This document shows positions 26,181 through 36,349 of a DNA stretch of 64,000 nt, in pieces. The stretch is from Selaginella moellendorffii (Eukaryota; Plantae; Lycopodiophyta), in assembly GCF_000143415.4 (NCBI RefSeq), contig NW_003314268.1, positions 2,984,559-3,048,558 of the forward strand. Direction: 5' to 3'. Position 1 is the first letter of the stretch. Every line of letters begins with the position of its first letter. The notes below the pieces were generated by a model that saw nothing but the letters and a program-made list of their open reading frames with translations, was not told the origin of the DNA and did not search any database. The translations under genes were made by a program, and so were the position numbers.

Positions 26181-27298
26181 GATTCCCGCGAATATCCCCG
26201 CTCTCGAGTGAATGCGGCACGCGCCTCGAGCGCTGGCGGATCGCGATGCTGCGCAAAACGTATAATAAGCTTTTGATATGGAGTTTTGTGTTGGATTGAT
26301 AGGCTTTTAAGGAATGGAATAGAACCAACATTCATGTGATGATTATACATGTTTCTTGTTTAGACATTTCGTTAGATTCCCTATGGTTTTTTTTTGCCGC
26401 TCTTTTTCCCCGGTGGAGTGAGATCGAAGGCAGAGAACTATCTATGATAATAATAAAGAAAACGAGATTTGCTAATCCCGAGCCGGTCAGCGGGGATTCT
26501 GGTTCTTGGCCAACTTGGTCGGTCAAAAGTTGATGGCAACAAGAGAATATTCTCGATTCCAATTCGATCACAGTGGTGGTGGATGTCTAGAAGAATTATA
26601 AGCGCATTCTCCGCTATGTTGCTACTTCTATAGCAATCTCAATCTTAGCTCTGGCAATGCATTGACATTGTAAGAATTCACCATCTTCTTCGTCTTTCTT
26701 CACTGTCAAAAAGAAGTCCCCACCTAAAACACGAAGTCTTCAAAAGCTAGCCACAGAGAAGAGACAGCTTTGTCATTCGCAAAAACCCTAAAGGGACAAA
26801 AACAAGTTCAAACCTAAAAAGTTGACTGGAAACGGCTTAACAGAAAAGCAAAATCCCCTGCGCTTGGACGGACTCGAACCCGGACAGGCTGGAGGGCGCG
26901 ATAAATACTAAGGAGAAAAAAAACAGGAGCGACGAGAAACAGAGCCTTAGCTTGCCATGGTTTTGCGTTGCCCGACGCAGGCATTTGCTGCTCTGGGGTG
27001 ACACCAAACCCTTTCATTCAATGCTGGCCCGTTGAAATCGCATTGGTCTTTGATGCGTTTCACCCACCGCTTTCTTTGAGTCTGCGCCTTCATTCCTCCT
27101 CCAAGGTCATCTTCGTCGAGATTATTCTTCCACTGGAAAAAAATCTCCGCTTGCTCTTCCGCCAAGAACTCTGGAAAGGTCACCAAGGAGAATCGTCATG
27201 GTAAGTGGTGTCACTGACGATTCGAGAGTAGCGATTGAGCTCTGTCCGTGTGTAGATCGCGTTCGCAATGTAGCTCGGTTTTGAGGGAGCGATCACCG

Positions 27299-30200
27299 AT
27301 GGGCTCGATGTTCTTCTTCGCTGCTCTGGCCACCTTCTTCGCGATCGCTGTCACTGGAGCTTCTTCCTCGCCGGACTTGCAATGGCTGCTGGAGCTCAAG
27401 GCCGGGTTCCAAGCCGACCCTTTGAACGCCACCGGCGACTGGATTCCTCCGGATCGTCACCGAAATGGCAGCACCAGCAGCAGCGACCCCTGTTCGTGGT
27501 CCGGGATTTCCTGCAGTGATCACGCTCGAGTCACCGCCATCAATCTCACCTCCACGTCTCTCACCGGCTCGATCTCCTCGTCGGCAATCGCCCACCTCGA
27601 CAAGCTGGAGCTTCTCGATCTCTCCAATAACTCCTTTTCGGGGCCGATGCCTTCGCAATTACCCGCCAGCCTTCGCAGCCTGCGCCTCAACGAGAACAGC
27701 CTCACAGGACCACTCCCAGCTTCCATCGCCAACGCCACGCTACTGACCGAGCTCCTCGTCTACTCCAATTTGCTCTCGGGTTCCATTCCCAGCGAGATCG
27801 GCCGCCTCTCCAAGCTCCGAGTCCTCCGCGCAGGCGACAATCTCTTCTCCGGCCCAATCCCGGACTCCATCGCAGGCCTCCACTCTCTCCAGATCCTGGG
27901 CCTCGCCAACTGTGAGCTCTCCGGCGGCATACCGCGCGGCATCGGCCAGCTCGCCGCCCTCGAGTCGCTGATGCTCCACTACAACAACCTCTCCGGCGGT
28001 ATACCGCCCGAGGTCACGCAGTGCCGCCAGCTCACCGTCCTCGGGCTGTCCGAAAACCGCCTCACCGGCCCCATACCGCGCGGCATCTCGGACCTCGCGG
28101 CTCTTCAAACGCTCTCCATATTTAATAACTCGCTGTCCGGTAGCGTCCCCGAGGAGGTCGGGCAGTGCCGTCAGCTCCTCTACCTCAATCTCCAGGGCAA
28201 CGATCTCACCGGCCAGCTGCCCGACTCCCTGGCCAAGCTCGCGGCGCTGGAGACGCTGGATCTATCCGAGAATTCCATCTCGGGGCCCATCCCAGACTGG
28301 ATTGGAAGCTTGGCTAGCCTGGAGAACTTGGCGCTGTCGATGAATCAACTATCAGGAGAAATCCCGTCCTCGATCGGTGGCCTGGCGAGGCTGGAGCAGC
28401 TCTTCCTGGGATCCAACCGGCTCAGCGGCGAGATTCCTGGAGAGATCGGGGAATGCAGGAGCTTGCAGCGGCTGGATCTCTCGAGCAATCGGCTCACAGG
28501 GACGATCCCGGCGTCGATCGGGAGATTATCGATGCTCACGGACCTGGTGCTCCAATCGAATTCACTGACGGGATCGATACCGGAGGAGATCGGATCATGC
28601 AAGAACCTGGCAGTGCTGGCGCTGTATGAGAACCAGCTCAACGGATCCATCCCAGCCTCGATCGGCTCGCTCGAGCAGCTCGATGAGCTCTACCTCTACC
28701 GCAACAAGCTCAGTGGCAATATTCCAGCCTCGATCGGTAGCTGCTCCAAGCTGACGTTGCTGGATCTCTCCGAGAATCTCCTCGACGGCGCCATCCCTAG
28801 CTCGATCGGCGGCCTTGGCGCGCTCACGTTTCTCCATCTGCGAAGGAATCGACTGTCTGGATCGATCCCGGCGCCTATGGCGAGATGCGCCAAGATGCGC
28901 AAGCTCGATCTTGCGGAGAACAGCCTCTCCGGGGCGATTCCCCAAGACCTAACGAGCGCCATGGCCGATCTGGAGATGCTGCTGCTCTACCAGAACAATC
29001 TCACTGGAGCCGTGCCGGAATCCATCGCCAGCTGCTGCCACAACCTCACGACGATCAATCTCTCCGATAATCTCCTCGGCGGAAAAATCCCTCCACTTCT
29101 TGGATCGTCGGGCGCGCTCCAGGTTCTTGATCTAACGGACAATGGCATTGGCGGGAATATCCCTCCTAGCCTGGGAATATCCTCAACGCTGTGGAGGCTT
29201 CGTTTGGGCGGGAACAAGATCGAGGGTTTGATTCCGGCAGAGCTAGGGAACATCACGGCTCTCTCTTTCGTGGATCTCAGCTTCAATCGCTTGGCCGGGG
29301 CCATTCCATCGATTCTTGCGAGCTGCAAGAATCTCACGCACATCAAGCTGAATGGAAATCGGCTCCAAGGTAGGATTCCAGAGGAGATCGGCGGCCTCAA
29401 GCAGCTAGGGGAGCTCGATCTGTCCCAGAACGAGCTCATCGGCGAAATCCCTGGCTCGATCATCAGCGGCTGCCCCAAAATCTCGACGCTCAAGCTCGCG
29501 GAGAACAGGCTGAGCGGGAGGATTCCGGCGGCGCTAGGGATTCTCCAGTCGCTCCAGTTCTTGGAGCTCCAAGGGAACGATCTGGAGGGGCAGATTCCAG
29601 CGTCCATTGGAAACTGTGGATTGCTGCTCGAGGTAAACCTCTCCCACAACAGTCTCCAGGGCGGGATCCCGCGAGAGCTGGGAAAGCTCCAGAACTTGCA
29701 AACGTCCCTGGATCTTAGCTTCAATCGCCTCAACGGCAGCATCCCTCCGGAGCTCGGCATGCTCTCCAAGCTGGAGGTCTTGAATCTGTCCAGCAACGCG
29801 ATCTCTGGAATGATCCCGGAGTCCCTGGCAAACAACATGATCAGCCTGTTGTCCCTCAACCTCTCGTCCAACAATCTCTCGGGGCCTGTTCCAAGCGGCC
29901 CGGTCTTCGATCGAATGACGCAGAGTTCCTTCTCCAACAACAGGGATCTTTGCAGCGAGAGTTTGTCATCCTCGTCCACTTCCAGCAAGAGCAAAGTCAT
30001 TCTCCTCCCAGCATGCAAAGGTTCGTCCAGCGATCCGGGCTCTACGACTTCCAGCGGAAGCAGGCCACCTCATCGAAAAAAACACCGGATTGTTCTAATC
30101 GCGTCGCTGGTGTGCTCGCTCGTCGCTCTCGTCACTCTGGGATCCGCCATCTATATTCTCGTCTTCTACAAGCGAGACCGTGGCAGGATTCGTCTCGCTG

Positions 30201-31399
30201 CTTCCACAAAGTTCTACAAGGATCACAGGTTGTTCCCGATGCTCAGCAGGCAGCTCACTTTCAGCGATCTGATGCAAGCCACGGACTCGCTCAGCGATCT
30301 CAACATCATTGGAAGTGGTGGATTCGGAACAGTGTATAAGGCGATTCTACCATCGGGCGAAGTTCTGGCCGTGAAGAAAGTTGACGTCGCCGGAGATGGA
30401 GATCCGACGCAGGACAAGAGCTTTCTCCGCGAGGTCTCGACTCTGGGCAAGATCCGGCACAGGCACCTCGTCCGCCTCGTCGGCTTCTGTTCGCACAAAG
30501 GCGTCAACTTGCTCGTCTACGACTACATGCCCAACGGAAGCTTGTTTGATCGGTTACACGGGTCGGCCTGTACCGAGAAGAACAATGCGGGTGTTTTAGA
30601 TTGGGAGTCGAGACACCGGATTGCTGTTGGTATTGCCGAAGGGATCGCTTACTTGCATCACGACTGTGCTCCGCGGATCGTTCATCGTGATATCAAGTCC
30701 AACAACGTCTTGCTGGACTCCCGGGATGAGCCGCACCTAGGCGACTTTGGCCTGGCCAAGATCATTGACAGCAGCAGCAGCTCTCACACACTGTCCGTTT
30801 TCGCGGGATCCTATGGTTACATCGCTCCAGGTACGTACTTCCGTAATGTTTCTTCATTGTGTCGAAGTGCTATTATGCCTGTTGCGTGTTCTTCCGTTTT
30901 TTCTCCTTGCTGTTTAGATTTGCAAGTTCTCTATCTATCCAGCGGTGTTCTCATGGCTTTCTGTTTCCTTGCAGAGTACGCGTACACAATGCGTGCGTCG
31001 GAGAAGACGGACATCTACAGCTTTGGAGTGGTTCTCATGGAGCTGGTGACTGGCAAGCTTCCTGTGGATCCAACTTTTCCAGACGGCGTGGACATTGTAA
31101 GCTGGGTGCGGCTGAGGATCAGCCAGAAGGCGAGCGTGGACGATCTCATCGACCCGCTGCTCCAAAAGGTGTCCCGGACGGAGAGGCTGGAGATGCTGCT
31201 GGTGCTCAAGGCGGCACTCATGTGTACGAGCTCGTCGCTCGGGGACAGGCCGAGCATGCGCGAGGTTGTGGACAAGCTCAAGCAAGTGAAGCAGGAGAAC
31301 TGGATAGTGTCGATCGACTGTGCCGACTTGATGGAAATCCTGGAGCCGTCGGATAGCAGCAGCGGCAGCGTCAGCGCGACAGGGGCAGGACACCAGTGA
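27299..31399 (+). CDS. LRR receptor-like kinase, subfamily XI, GSO1/SGN3-like; one intron 30831-30974
   Basis: Signal peptide, CSWSGISC cap, roughly 30 plant LRRs, TM helix, kinase motifs IGSGGFGTVYKA, HRDIKSNN, GDFG and YGYIAP/EY split by the conserved intron. Confidence 0.93.
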   Translation: MGSMFFFAALATFFAIAVTGASSSPDLQWLLELKAGFQADPLNATGDWIPPDRHRNGSTSSSDPCSWSGISCSDHARVTAINLTSTSLTGSISSSAIAHLDKLELLDLSNNSFSGPMPSQLPASLRSLRLNENSLTGPLPASIANATLLTELLVYSNLLSGSIPSEIGRLSKLRVLRAGDNLFSGPIPDSIAGLHSLQILGLANCELSGGIPRGIGQLAALESLMLHYNNLSGGIPPEVTQCRQLTVLGLSENRLTGPIPRGISDLAALQTLSIFNNSLSGSVPEEVGQCRQLLYLNLQGNDLTGQLPDSLAKLAALETLDLSENSISGPIPDWIGSLASLENLALSMNQLSGEIPSSIGGLARLEQLFLGSNRLSGEIPGEIGECRSLQRLDLSSNRLTGTIPASIGRLSMLTDLVLQSNSLTGSIPEEIGSCKNLAVLALYENQLNGSIPASIGSLEQLDELYLYRNKLSGNIPASIGSCSKLTLLDLSENLLDGAIPSSIGGLGALTFLHLRRNRLSGSIPAPMARCAKMRKLDLAENSLSGAIPQDLTSAMADLEMLLLYQNNLTGAVPESIASCCHNLTTINLSDNLLGGKIPPLLGSSGALQVLDLTDNGIGGNIPPSLGISSTLWRLRLGGNKIEGLIPAELGNITALSFVDLSFNRLAGAIPSILASCKNLTHIKLNGNRLQGRIPEEIGGLKQLGELDLSQNELIGEIPGSIISGCPKISTLKLAENRLSGRIPAALGILQSLQFLELQGNDLEGQIPASIGNCGLLLEVNLSHNSLQGGIPRELGKLQNLQTSLDLSFNRLNGSIPPELGMLSKLEVLNLSSNAISGMIPESLANNMISLLSLNLSSNNLSGPVPSGPVFDRMTQSSFSNNRDLCSESLSSSSTSSKSKVILLPACKGSSSDPGSTTSSGSRPPHRKKHRIVLIASLVCSLVALVTLGSAIYILVFYKRDRGRIRLAASTKFYKDHRLFPMLSRQLTFSDLMQATDSLSDLNIIGSGGFGTVYKAILPSGEVLAVKKVDVAGDGDPTQDKSFLREVSTLGKIRHRHLVRLVGFCSHKGVNLLVYDYMPNGSLFDRLHGSACTEKNNAGVLDWESRHRIAVGIAEGIAYLHHDCAPRIVHRDIKSNNVLLDSRDEPHLGDFGLAKIIDSSSSSHTLSVFAGSYGYIAPGTYFRNVSSLCRSAIMPVACSSVFSPCCLDLQVLYLSSGVLMAFCFLAEYAYTMRASEKTDIYSFGVVLMELVTGKLPVDPTFPDGVDIVSWVRLRISQKASVDDLIDPLLQKVSRTERLEMLLVLKAALMCTSSSLGDRPSMREVVDKLKQVKQENWIVSIDCADLMEILEPSDSSSGSVSATGAGHQ

Positions 31400-31534
31400 T
31401 GAGAGCCTTCGACATAAAAGGAATGGTGGTGATCATGAAATGGCAGACTTTCCAGGTACGCGTGGTTTCTGGAAGTTTAACATTCTTTCTTTCTCTTTAC
31501 TAATGATTGTGTGCTCTTGCAGGATGAGCGATGA

Positions 31535-33382
31535 TCAGCTTTGCGAAACAATGGCTTGGCCAGATCTGGAAACTTTGGTGCCGTGATGTGTTACTCCGGA
31601 AGTTATGAAGCTCGTCCAGGCCGCGAGATCTGGCACGAAAGGCATCGAGTCCAGCAGCTCCTGGGCTTGCTCCATCCATCCGGCTCGTCCCAGGAGATCG
31701 ACCATGCAGCCGTAGTGATCCGCGCCCCTTGCGACGGAAAAATCCGTGCTTGCCGCGCGGAAGAGCTCGTACCCGATCTGGAAGGCTCCTGCATGGCTGC
31801 AGCTCGAAAGGAGGCACAGCAGCGTCACTCCGTCCCATCTCACACCATCGAGGCACATGAGTTGGGCGAGACGGACGGCCTGGATGGTATGCCCGAGCTG
31901 GGCATACGCCGCCATCATCGAGTTCCAGCACTGGGCGTCTCTCTCGGGCAAATCCTCGAAGATCAACGCCGCCTCTTCCAAGCTGCCGGACCGAGAGTAC
32001 ATCGTGATCAGCGCGGTGCCCACCCGGCGGTCGCGGTGGAAGCCCATGGCGCGGATCTCCGAGTGGATCATCCTCCCCCGCGAGAGATCCGCGCAGGCGT
32101 CGGCGATGGCGACGAGCGCGACTCGATCGATCGCGGCGCCCTCCAGATCCATCCTCGCGAAGAGCACCAGCGCCTCCGAGCGCGCGGCGTAGGCGGAGAT
32201 GAGCGAGGTCCAGGAGATAGCGTCCCGGTCGGGCATGGCGTCGAATATTCGCCGGGCATCTTCCAGGTGACCGTTGAGCGAATATGCCGCGAGCATCGCG
32301 TTGCGGGCGGCCGTGTCCGGGGGTGTTATGTGGGTGAAGATGTATTCGGCGGAGCTGAGATCTCCGCGCTGGGCAAAAGCGGTGAGGAGTGTGGTGGATG
32401 AGTGTGTGGATTTTTGGGGCATTTGCTGGTATGCTGTTTGTGCGCCGCGGAGATCACCCCTATTGATGTGTGAAAGGACAAGATTGGTCCATGAGGTGGT
32501 ATCTTTCGCGGGCATTCGCTGGAATAGGGCGATGGATTCTTGGAGATTGCCCCGTGCGGCATAGCCGGCGAGCATTGAGTTCCAGGCAGTGAGATCATCG
32601 CTCTTGGGCATTGAATCGAAAAGAGTTTTAGCACGATTGAGGTCTCCCCTCTCTGTGTATGACGTGATGAGGACGTTCCAGGATGTGGAATTCCTCTGTG
32701 GCATTCGATCAAAGAGGCTCTTGGCTTGAGAATGATCCCGACTTTGGGCATATGCAGTGATTATGGTGTTCCAGGAGACAATGTTCTTTCTTTCCATTTG
32801 ATCAAACACCTTTCTCGCGAGTTCGATCTGCCCGCTTTGGGCTAGACCTGTTATGATAGAATTCCATGACACCAAATCTTTATTGGGCATTTTGTTGAGA
32901 AGATCGAGAGCTCTATCAAATTGCCCATTTTGGGTATATGCTGAGGCGAGGGCGTTCCATGACTCTGGGCTGGGGTCTGGGATGCGATCAAAGAGATTTT
33001 TCGCGAGGTCGATCTTTGCTGCGTTGGAATAGGCCGTAATCATCGCTGTCCACGACACGGAATCTTTCTGGGGCATCAGATCGAAGAGAGACTCCGCGCG
33101 GTGGAATTGCCCGTTCCTGGCGTAGCACGCGATCAGGATGTTGTTGGTGAAGAGATTGGGCTCGCGAATTCGCTCGTAGACGGCCTCGGCGTCCTCGACG
33201 CTGCCGCATTTCCCATACATCTCGATGAGGAGATTGCTGAGAAATCTGCTGTGGGCGTGCGGGGAGGCGAGGATCTGGCAGTGGATCTCTCTTCCTCGAG
33301 CCAAGCTTTTGGAATTCCCCGCGGATCTGACAGTAGCTGCGAGGAGAGCTCGTTCTTCGTCGAGAAGGGATCGTTCTCCCAT
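31535..33382 (-). CDS. PLS-class pentatricopeptide repeat protein with partial E domain and no DYW, intronless
   Basis: NLLIEMYGKCGSVEDA, tandem FDxMPxxxxxSWN repeats, HYGCMVDLLGRAG, MPFVPD..AW. Confidence 0.95.
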   Translation of the reverse strand: MGERSLLDEERALLAATVRSAGNSKSLARGREIHCQILASPHAHSRFLSNLLIEMYGKCGSVEDAEAVYERIREPNLFTNNILIACYARNGQFHRAESLFDLMPQKDSVSWTAMITAYSNAAKIDLAKNLFDRIPDPSPESWNALASAYTQNGQFDRALDLLNKMPNKDLVSWNSIITGLAQSGQIELARKVFDQMERKNIVSWNTIITAYAQSRDHSQAKSLFDRMPQRNSTSWNVLITSYTERGDLNRAKTLFDSMPKSDDLTAWNSMLAGYAARGNLQESIALFQRMPAKDTTSWTNLVLSHINRGDLRGAQTAYQQMPQKSTHSSTTLLTAFAQRGDLSSAEYIFTHITPPDTAARNAMLAAYSLNGHLEDARRIFDAMPDRDAISWTSLISAYAARSEALVLFARMDLEGAAIDRVALVAIADACADLSRGRMIHSEIRAMGFHRDRRVGTALITMYSRSGSLEEAALIFEDLPERDAQCWNSMMAAYAQLGHTIQAVRLAQLMCLDGVRWDGVTLLCLLSSCSHAGAFQIGYELFRAASTDFSVARGADHYGCMVDLLGRAGWMEQAQELLDSMPFVPDLAAWTSFITSGVTHHGTKVSRSGQAIVSQS

Positions 33383-33470
33383 TCTTCCCGCCGCGATCGG
33401 ACGGTGAAGAGCGGCATTTTGGTTTGAATTCCAACGGTCCAGATTGCCTTATCCCCTGCCAAGAACCCTA

Positions 33471-34382
33471 ATGGCTATGGCGACGACGGCATGGAATCCC
33501 AGGTGCGTCGTCTACGAGGGATTGAGCGTGAGATCCTCGTTCTTCCAGAGCCCAGCAGCCATTCCAGCGCCAGCGCCACAGAATGTGGAGCGATCCCGGC
33601 GGAACGCGACGATTAGGGCGGCTTCCTCGTCGGGAGGAGCGACGCTGCCCCTCTTCTCCTTCGATGGCGAGTGCACGGGCTCGGTGTTCCTGGATCTCAA
33701 GGTCGCCAGCGCTCACACGGCCCGGGGATTGGTCCACAGGGGCGTGATCACGGAGCTCCAGAATCGCCGGCGCGGCACAGCGTCGACCAAGACGAGGGCG
33801 GAGGTTCGCGGAGGAGGGAGGAAGCCCTACAAGCAGAAGGGGACGGGAAGAGCGCGCCGAGGATCGCAGCGAACGCCACTGCGGCCTGGCGGAGGGATCG
33901 TGTTTGGGCCCAAGCCCAAGGACTGGGGGATCAAGATCAACAAGAAGGAGAAGAGGCTCGCGATCAGCACGGCTCTCCAGAGCGCGGCGGTGGATTCCAT
34001 CGCGGTGGAGGACTTCGAGGAGAAATTCACGGAGCCCAAGACGAAGTTCTTCCTGGCGGCGATGGAGAGATGGGGCGTGGACGTGAGCAAGCACTCGCTC
34101 ATCTTCGCGACCAATGTGAACGATTTCCTGGAGAAATCGAGCAGGAACATCAAGACGGTGAAGATGCTGACGCCGCGGAGCCTGAACCTCTACGATGTTC
34201 TTCGCGCGGACAAGATCCTCTTCACGAGCTCGGGGATCGACTACTTGAATCAAAGCTATGGTGTGAAATCGCAGCTGGAGGAAGAAGAAGAAGAAAGCGA
34301 TGAAAGTGAGGAGGAGGAGGAGGATGGTGAAGAAGAAATCGAGGAAGATCAAGGCGACGACGAAGAAGATCAAAGTTCTTGA
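33471..34382 (+). CDS. RPL4: Plastid 50S ribosomal protein L4, intronless
   Basis: RRGTASTKTRAEVRGGGRKPYKQKGTGRARRGS..PGGGIVFGPKP, transit peptide and acidic tail. Confidence 0.97.
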   Translation: MAMATTAWNPRCVVYEGLSVRSSFFQSPAAIPAPAPQNVERSRRNATIRAASSSGGATLPLFSFDGECTGSVFLDLKVASAHTARGLVHRGVITELQNRRRGTASTKTRAEVRGGGRKPYKQKGTGRARRGSQRTPLRPGGGIVFGPKPKDWGIKINKKEKRLAISTALQSAAVDSIAVEDFEEKFTEPKTKFFLAAMERWGVDVSKHSLIFATNVNDFLEKSSRNIKTVKMLTPRSLNLYDVLRADKILFTSSGIDYLNQSYGVKSQLEEEEEESDESEEEEEDGEEEIEEDQGDDEEDQSS

Positions 34383-34596
34383 AACAGGGGATTTCACAAG
34401 AGCCCTAAAACAGAGGATATTTTGAGAAGAACCCTAAAAACCAGAGGATATTTTGTTCATTTTGCTTGTTCGAATCCCCGGGGCAAAAACCCTAAGCGAG
34501 GGCAGCGATCCGCGAGCGCCATGTAAGGATTCCTCCTCTAGGCATTCCTGGATCCATCGCCGGGCACGGGGCGCAGGGCTTTCGCGCAGGAAATCC

Positions 34597-36003
34597 ATGG
34601 GCGCCTCTTGGAGCTCTGCGGACCCGGGAGGGAATTCCCGGCCTGGAGGCGCCGGTAATGCAGCGGCCATTCCCTCGATCGGCAGCAGCGGCGACTCTTC
34701 GAAGCGCCAGAGGCGCATCGCGGGGGAGCACCAGTGGCAGTTGATTCCAGGGCTTCCGGACGAGGTCGCGATGCACGCCCTGGCGCGGGTGCCGCGCTCG
34801 TGGCATCCGGCGATGAAGCTCGTGTGTAGCTCGTGGCGGCAGGTCATGAGCTCGAGCGAGATCTTCCGGCTGAGGCGCGAGCTGGGCGTGGTGGAGGAGT
34901 GGCTCTACGTGCTCATGAAGGACAAGGAGGAGGAATTGGTGTGGTTTGCGCTTGATCCACTCACGGCCCAGTGGCGGAGATTGCCGCCCATGCCCGACGT
35001 GGATCATCACCAGCACCATCGCCAGCAGCAGCAGGAAAGAGATCTCGCCGGATGGAGCTTGTGGGAGCTCGGCTCTTCCATCTCGGGGATGGTGAGGTCG
35101 CTGTTTGGGAAGAAGGACTCCTCCGAGAGGATCCCATTCTTCGGCTGCTCGGCGGCGGAGCTCCACGGCTGCCTGTTCGTCCTGGGGGGATTCTCCAAGG
35201 CCTCGGCGACGTCCTCGGTGTGGAAGTATGATCCGCGGACAGACTCGTGGAGCAAGGCCGCCGCCATGGGGACCGCGCGAGCTTACTGCAAGACGGGGCT
35301 GGTGGATGGCAACTTGTACGCTGTGGGTGGCGTGAACCGGGGCCGGAATGGCCTCACTCCACTCCAGTCGGCGGAGGTTTACGATCCGGAGGCCGACGCC
35401 TGGAGCGCGATCCCCAGCATGCCGTTCGTGGGCGCCCAAGTTCTTCCCACGGCGTTCGTGACGGACATACTCAAGCCCATCGCCACCGGGATGGCGGCGT
35501 TCCGGGGGAAGCTGTGGGTGCCGCAGTCGCTCTACTCGTGGCCCTTCTTCGTGGACGTTGGCGGCGAGGTGTTTGATCCGGTGTCCGGGAGGTGGGAGGA
35601 GATGCCGCGCGGGATGGGCGAGGGGTGGCCGGCTCGCCAGGCCGGGATGAAGCTGAGCGTGGTGGTGAACGGGAGCTTGTTCTCGCTGGATCCGATGAGC
35701 ACCGCCGAGGGCAGCAAGATCAAGGTGTATGACTTCGAGCAGGATTGCTGGAGGGTGGTGGTGCGGAAGGTGCCCATGGTCTTGGATCTCTCCACCGAGT
35801 CGGAGTCGCCATACTTGCTCGGGTGCCTGAGGAGCGGCCTTCATGTGGTGACCAAGGACGCCGGGAACAACGTGACCATTCTGCGGGCGGAGATCGACGG
35901 CGGGCGTGGCGCGGGGGATTCCGAGGCGGAATCGTGGACGGTGATCGCGAGCAAGAGCTTTGGCCGCGTCGAGCTGGTTGCGTGTCAAGTCTTGGAGATA
36001 TAA
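34597..36003 (+). CDS. F-box/kelch-repeat protein, intronless
   Basis: F-box LIPGLPDEVAMHALARVPR..VCSSW, EEWLYV, kelch repeats (LFVLGG..VWKYDP, LYAVGG..AEVYDP), QSLYSWPFFVDVGGEVFDP. Confidence 0.95.
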   Translation: MGASWSSADPGGNSRPGGAGNAAAIPSIGSSGDSSKRQRRIAGEHQWQLIPGLPDEVAMHALARVPRSWHPAMKLVCSSWRQVMSSSEIFRLRRELGVVEEWLYVLMKDKEEELVWFALDPLTAQWRRLPPMPDVDHHQHHRQQQQERDLAGWSLWELGSSISGMVRSLFGKKDSSERIPFFGCSAAELHGCLFVLGGFSKASATSSVWKYDPRTDSWSKAAAMGTARAYCKTGLVDGNLYAVGGVNRGRNGLTPLQSAEVYDPEADAWSAIPSMPFVGAQVLPTAFVTDILKPIATGMAAFRGKLWVPQSLYSWPFFVDVGGEVFDPVSGRWEEMPRGMGEGWPARQAGMKLSVVVNGSLFSLDPMSTAEGSKIKVYDFEQDCWRVVVRKVPMVLDLSTESESPYLLGCLRSGLHVVTKDAGNNVTILRAEIDGGRGAGDSEAESWTVIASKSFGRVELVACQVLEI

Positions 36004-36349
36004 AATGTGGTGTATTTAATGTAAATTTACGTATAAACGCGGATGTAGATTAATTTAATCGCCAGGTAACGACAATTAGCAGTGCACGCAATCGCCGTGC
36101 GACACGTGAGCGGTCCCCGTCGGCGAAACTTTTTCAAAGGCGCGGTGCCACGCGGCTGGAGCTTGACCGGCGATGCGTGGAATATCTTTACGCGTCGGCA
36201 AGCGTAGCGGAATATGCTGGCGACGGGCACGGTTACTTGGCTATGGCGTCCTTTGGCTATGGCGGCTAGGTTTTTAATTCTTTTGTTTGCCAGTGGCATG
36301 ATCATCAGAGTTGAGGGAAGGAAAGCGCTTGATAGAATTGCTAGAGATT

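Noticed and set aside
26855-26910. tRNA gene around GGTTCGAGTCC
   Set aside because: T-stem does not pair and no D or anticodon arms are present; kept only as an isolated B-box
34275-34382. Acidic C-terminal tail of RPL4 as a novelty
   Set aside because: Known feature of plant plastid L4
34492-35988. 498-aa antisense ORF (likewise 9928-11013, 28987-30018, 33468-34397, 52427-53815)
   Set aside because: Shadow frames of GC-rich coding sequence on the opposite strand with no recognisable motifs
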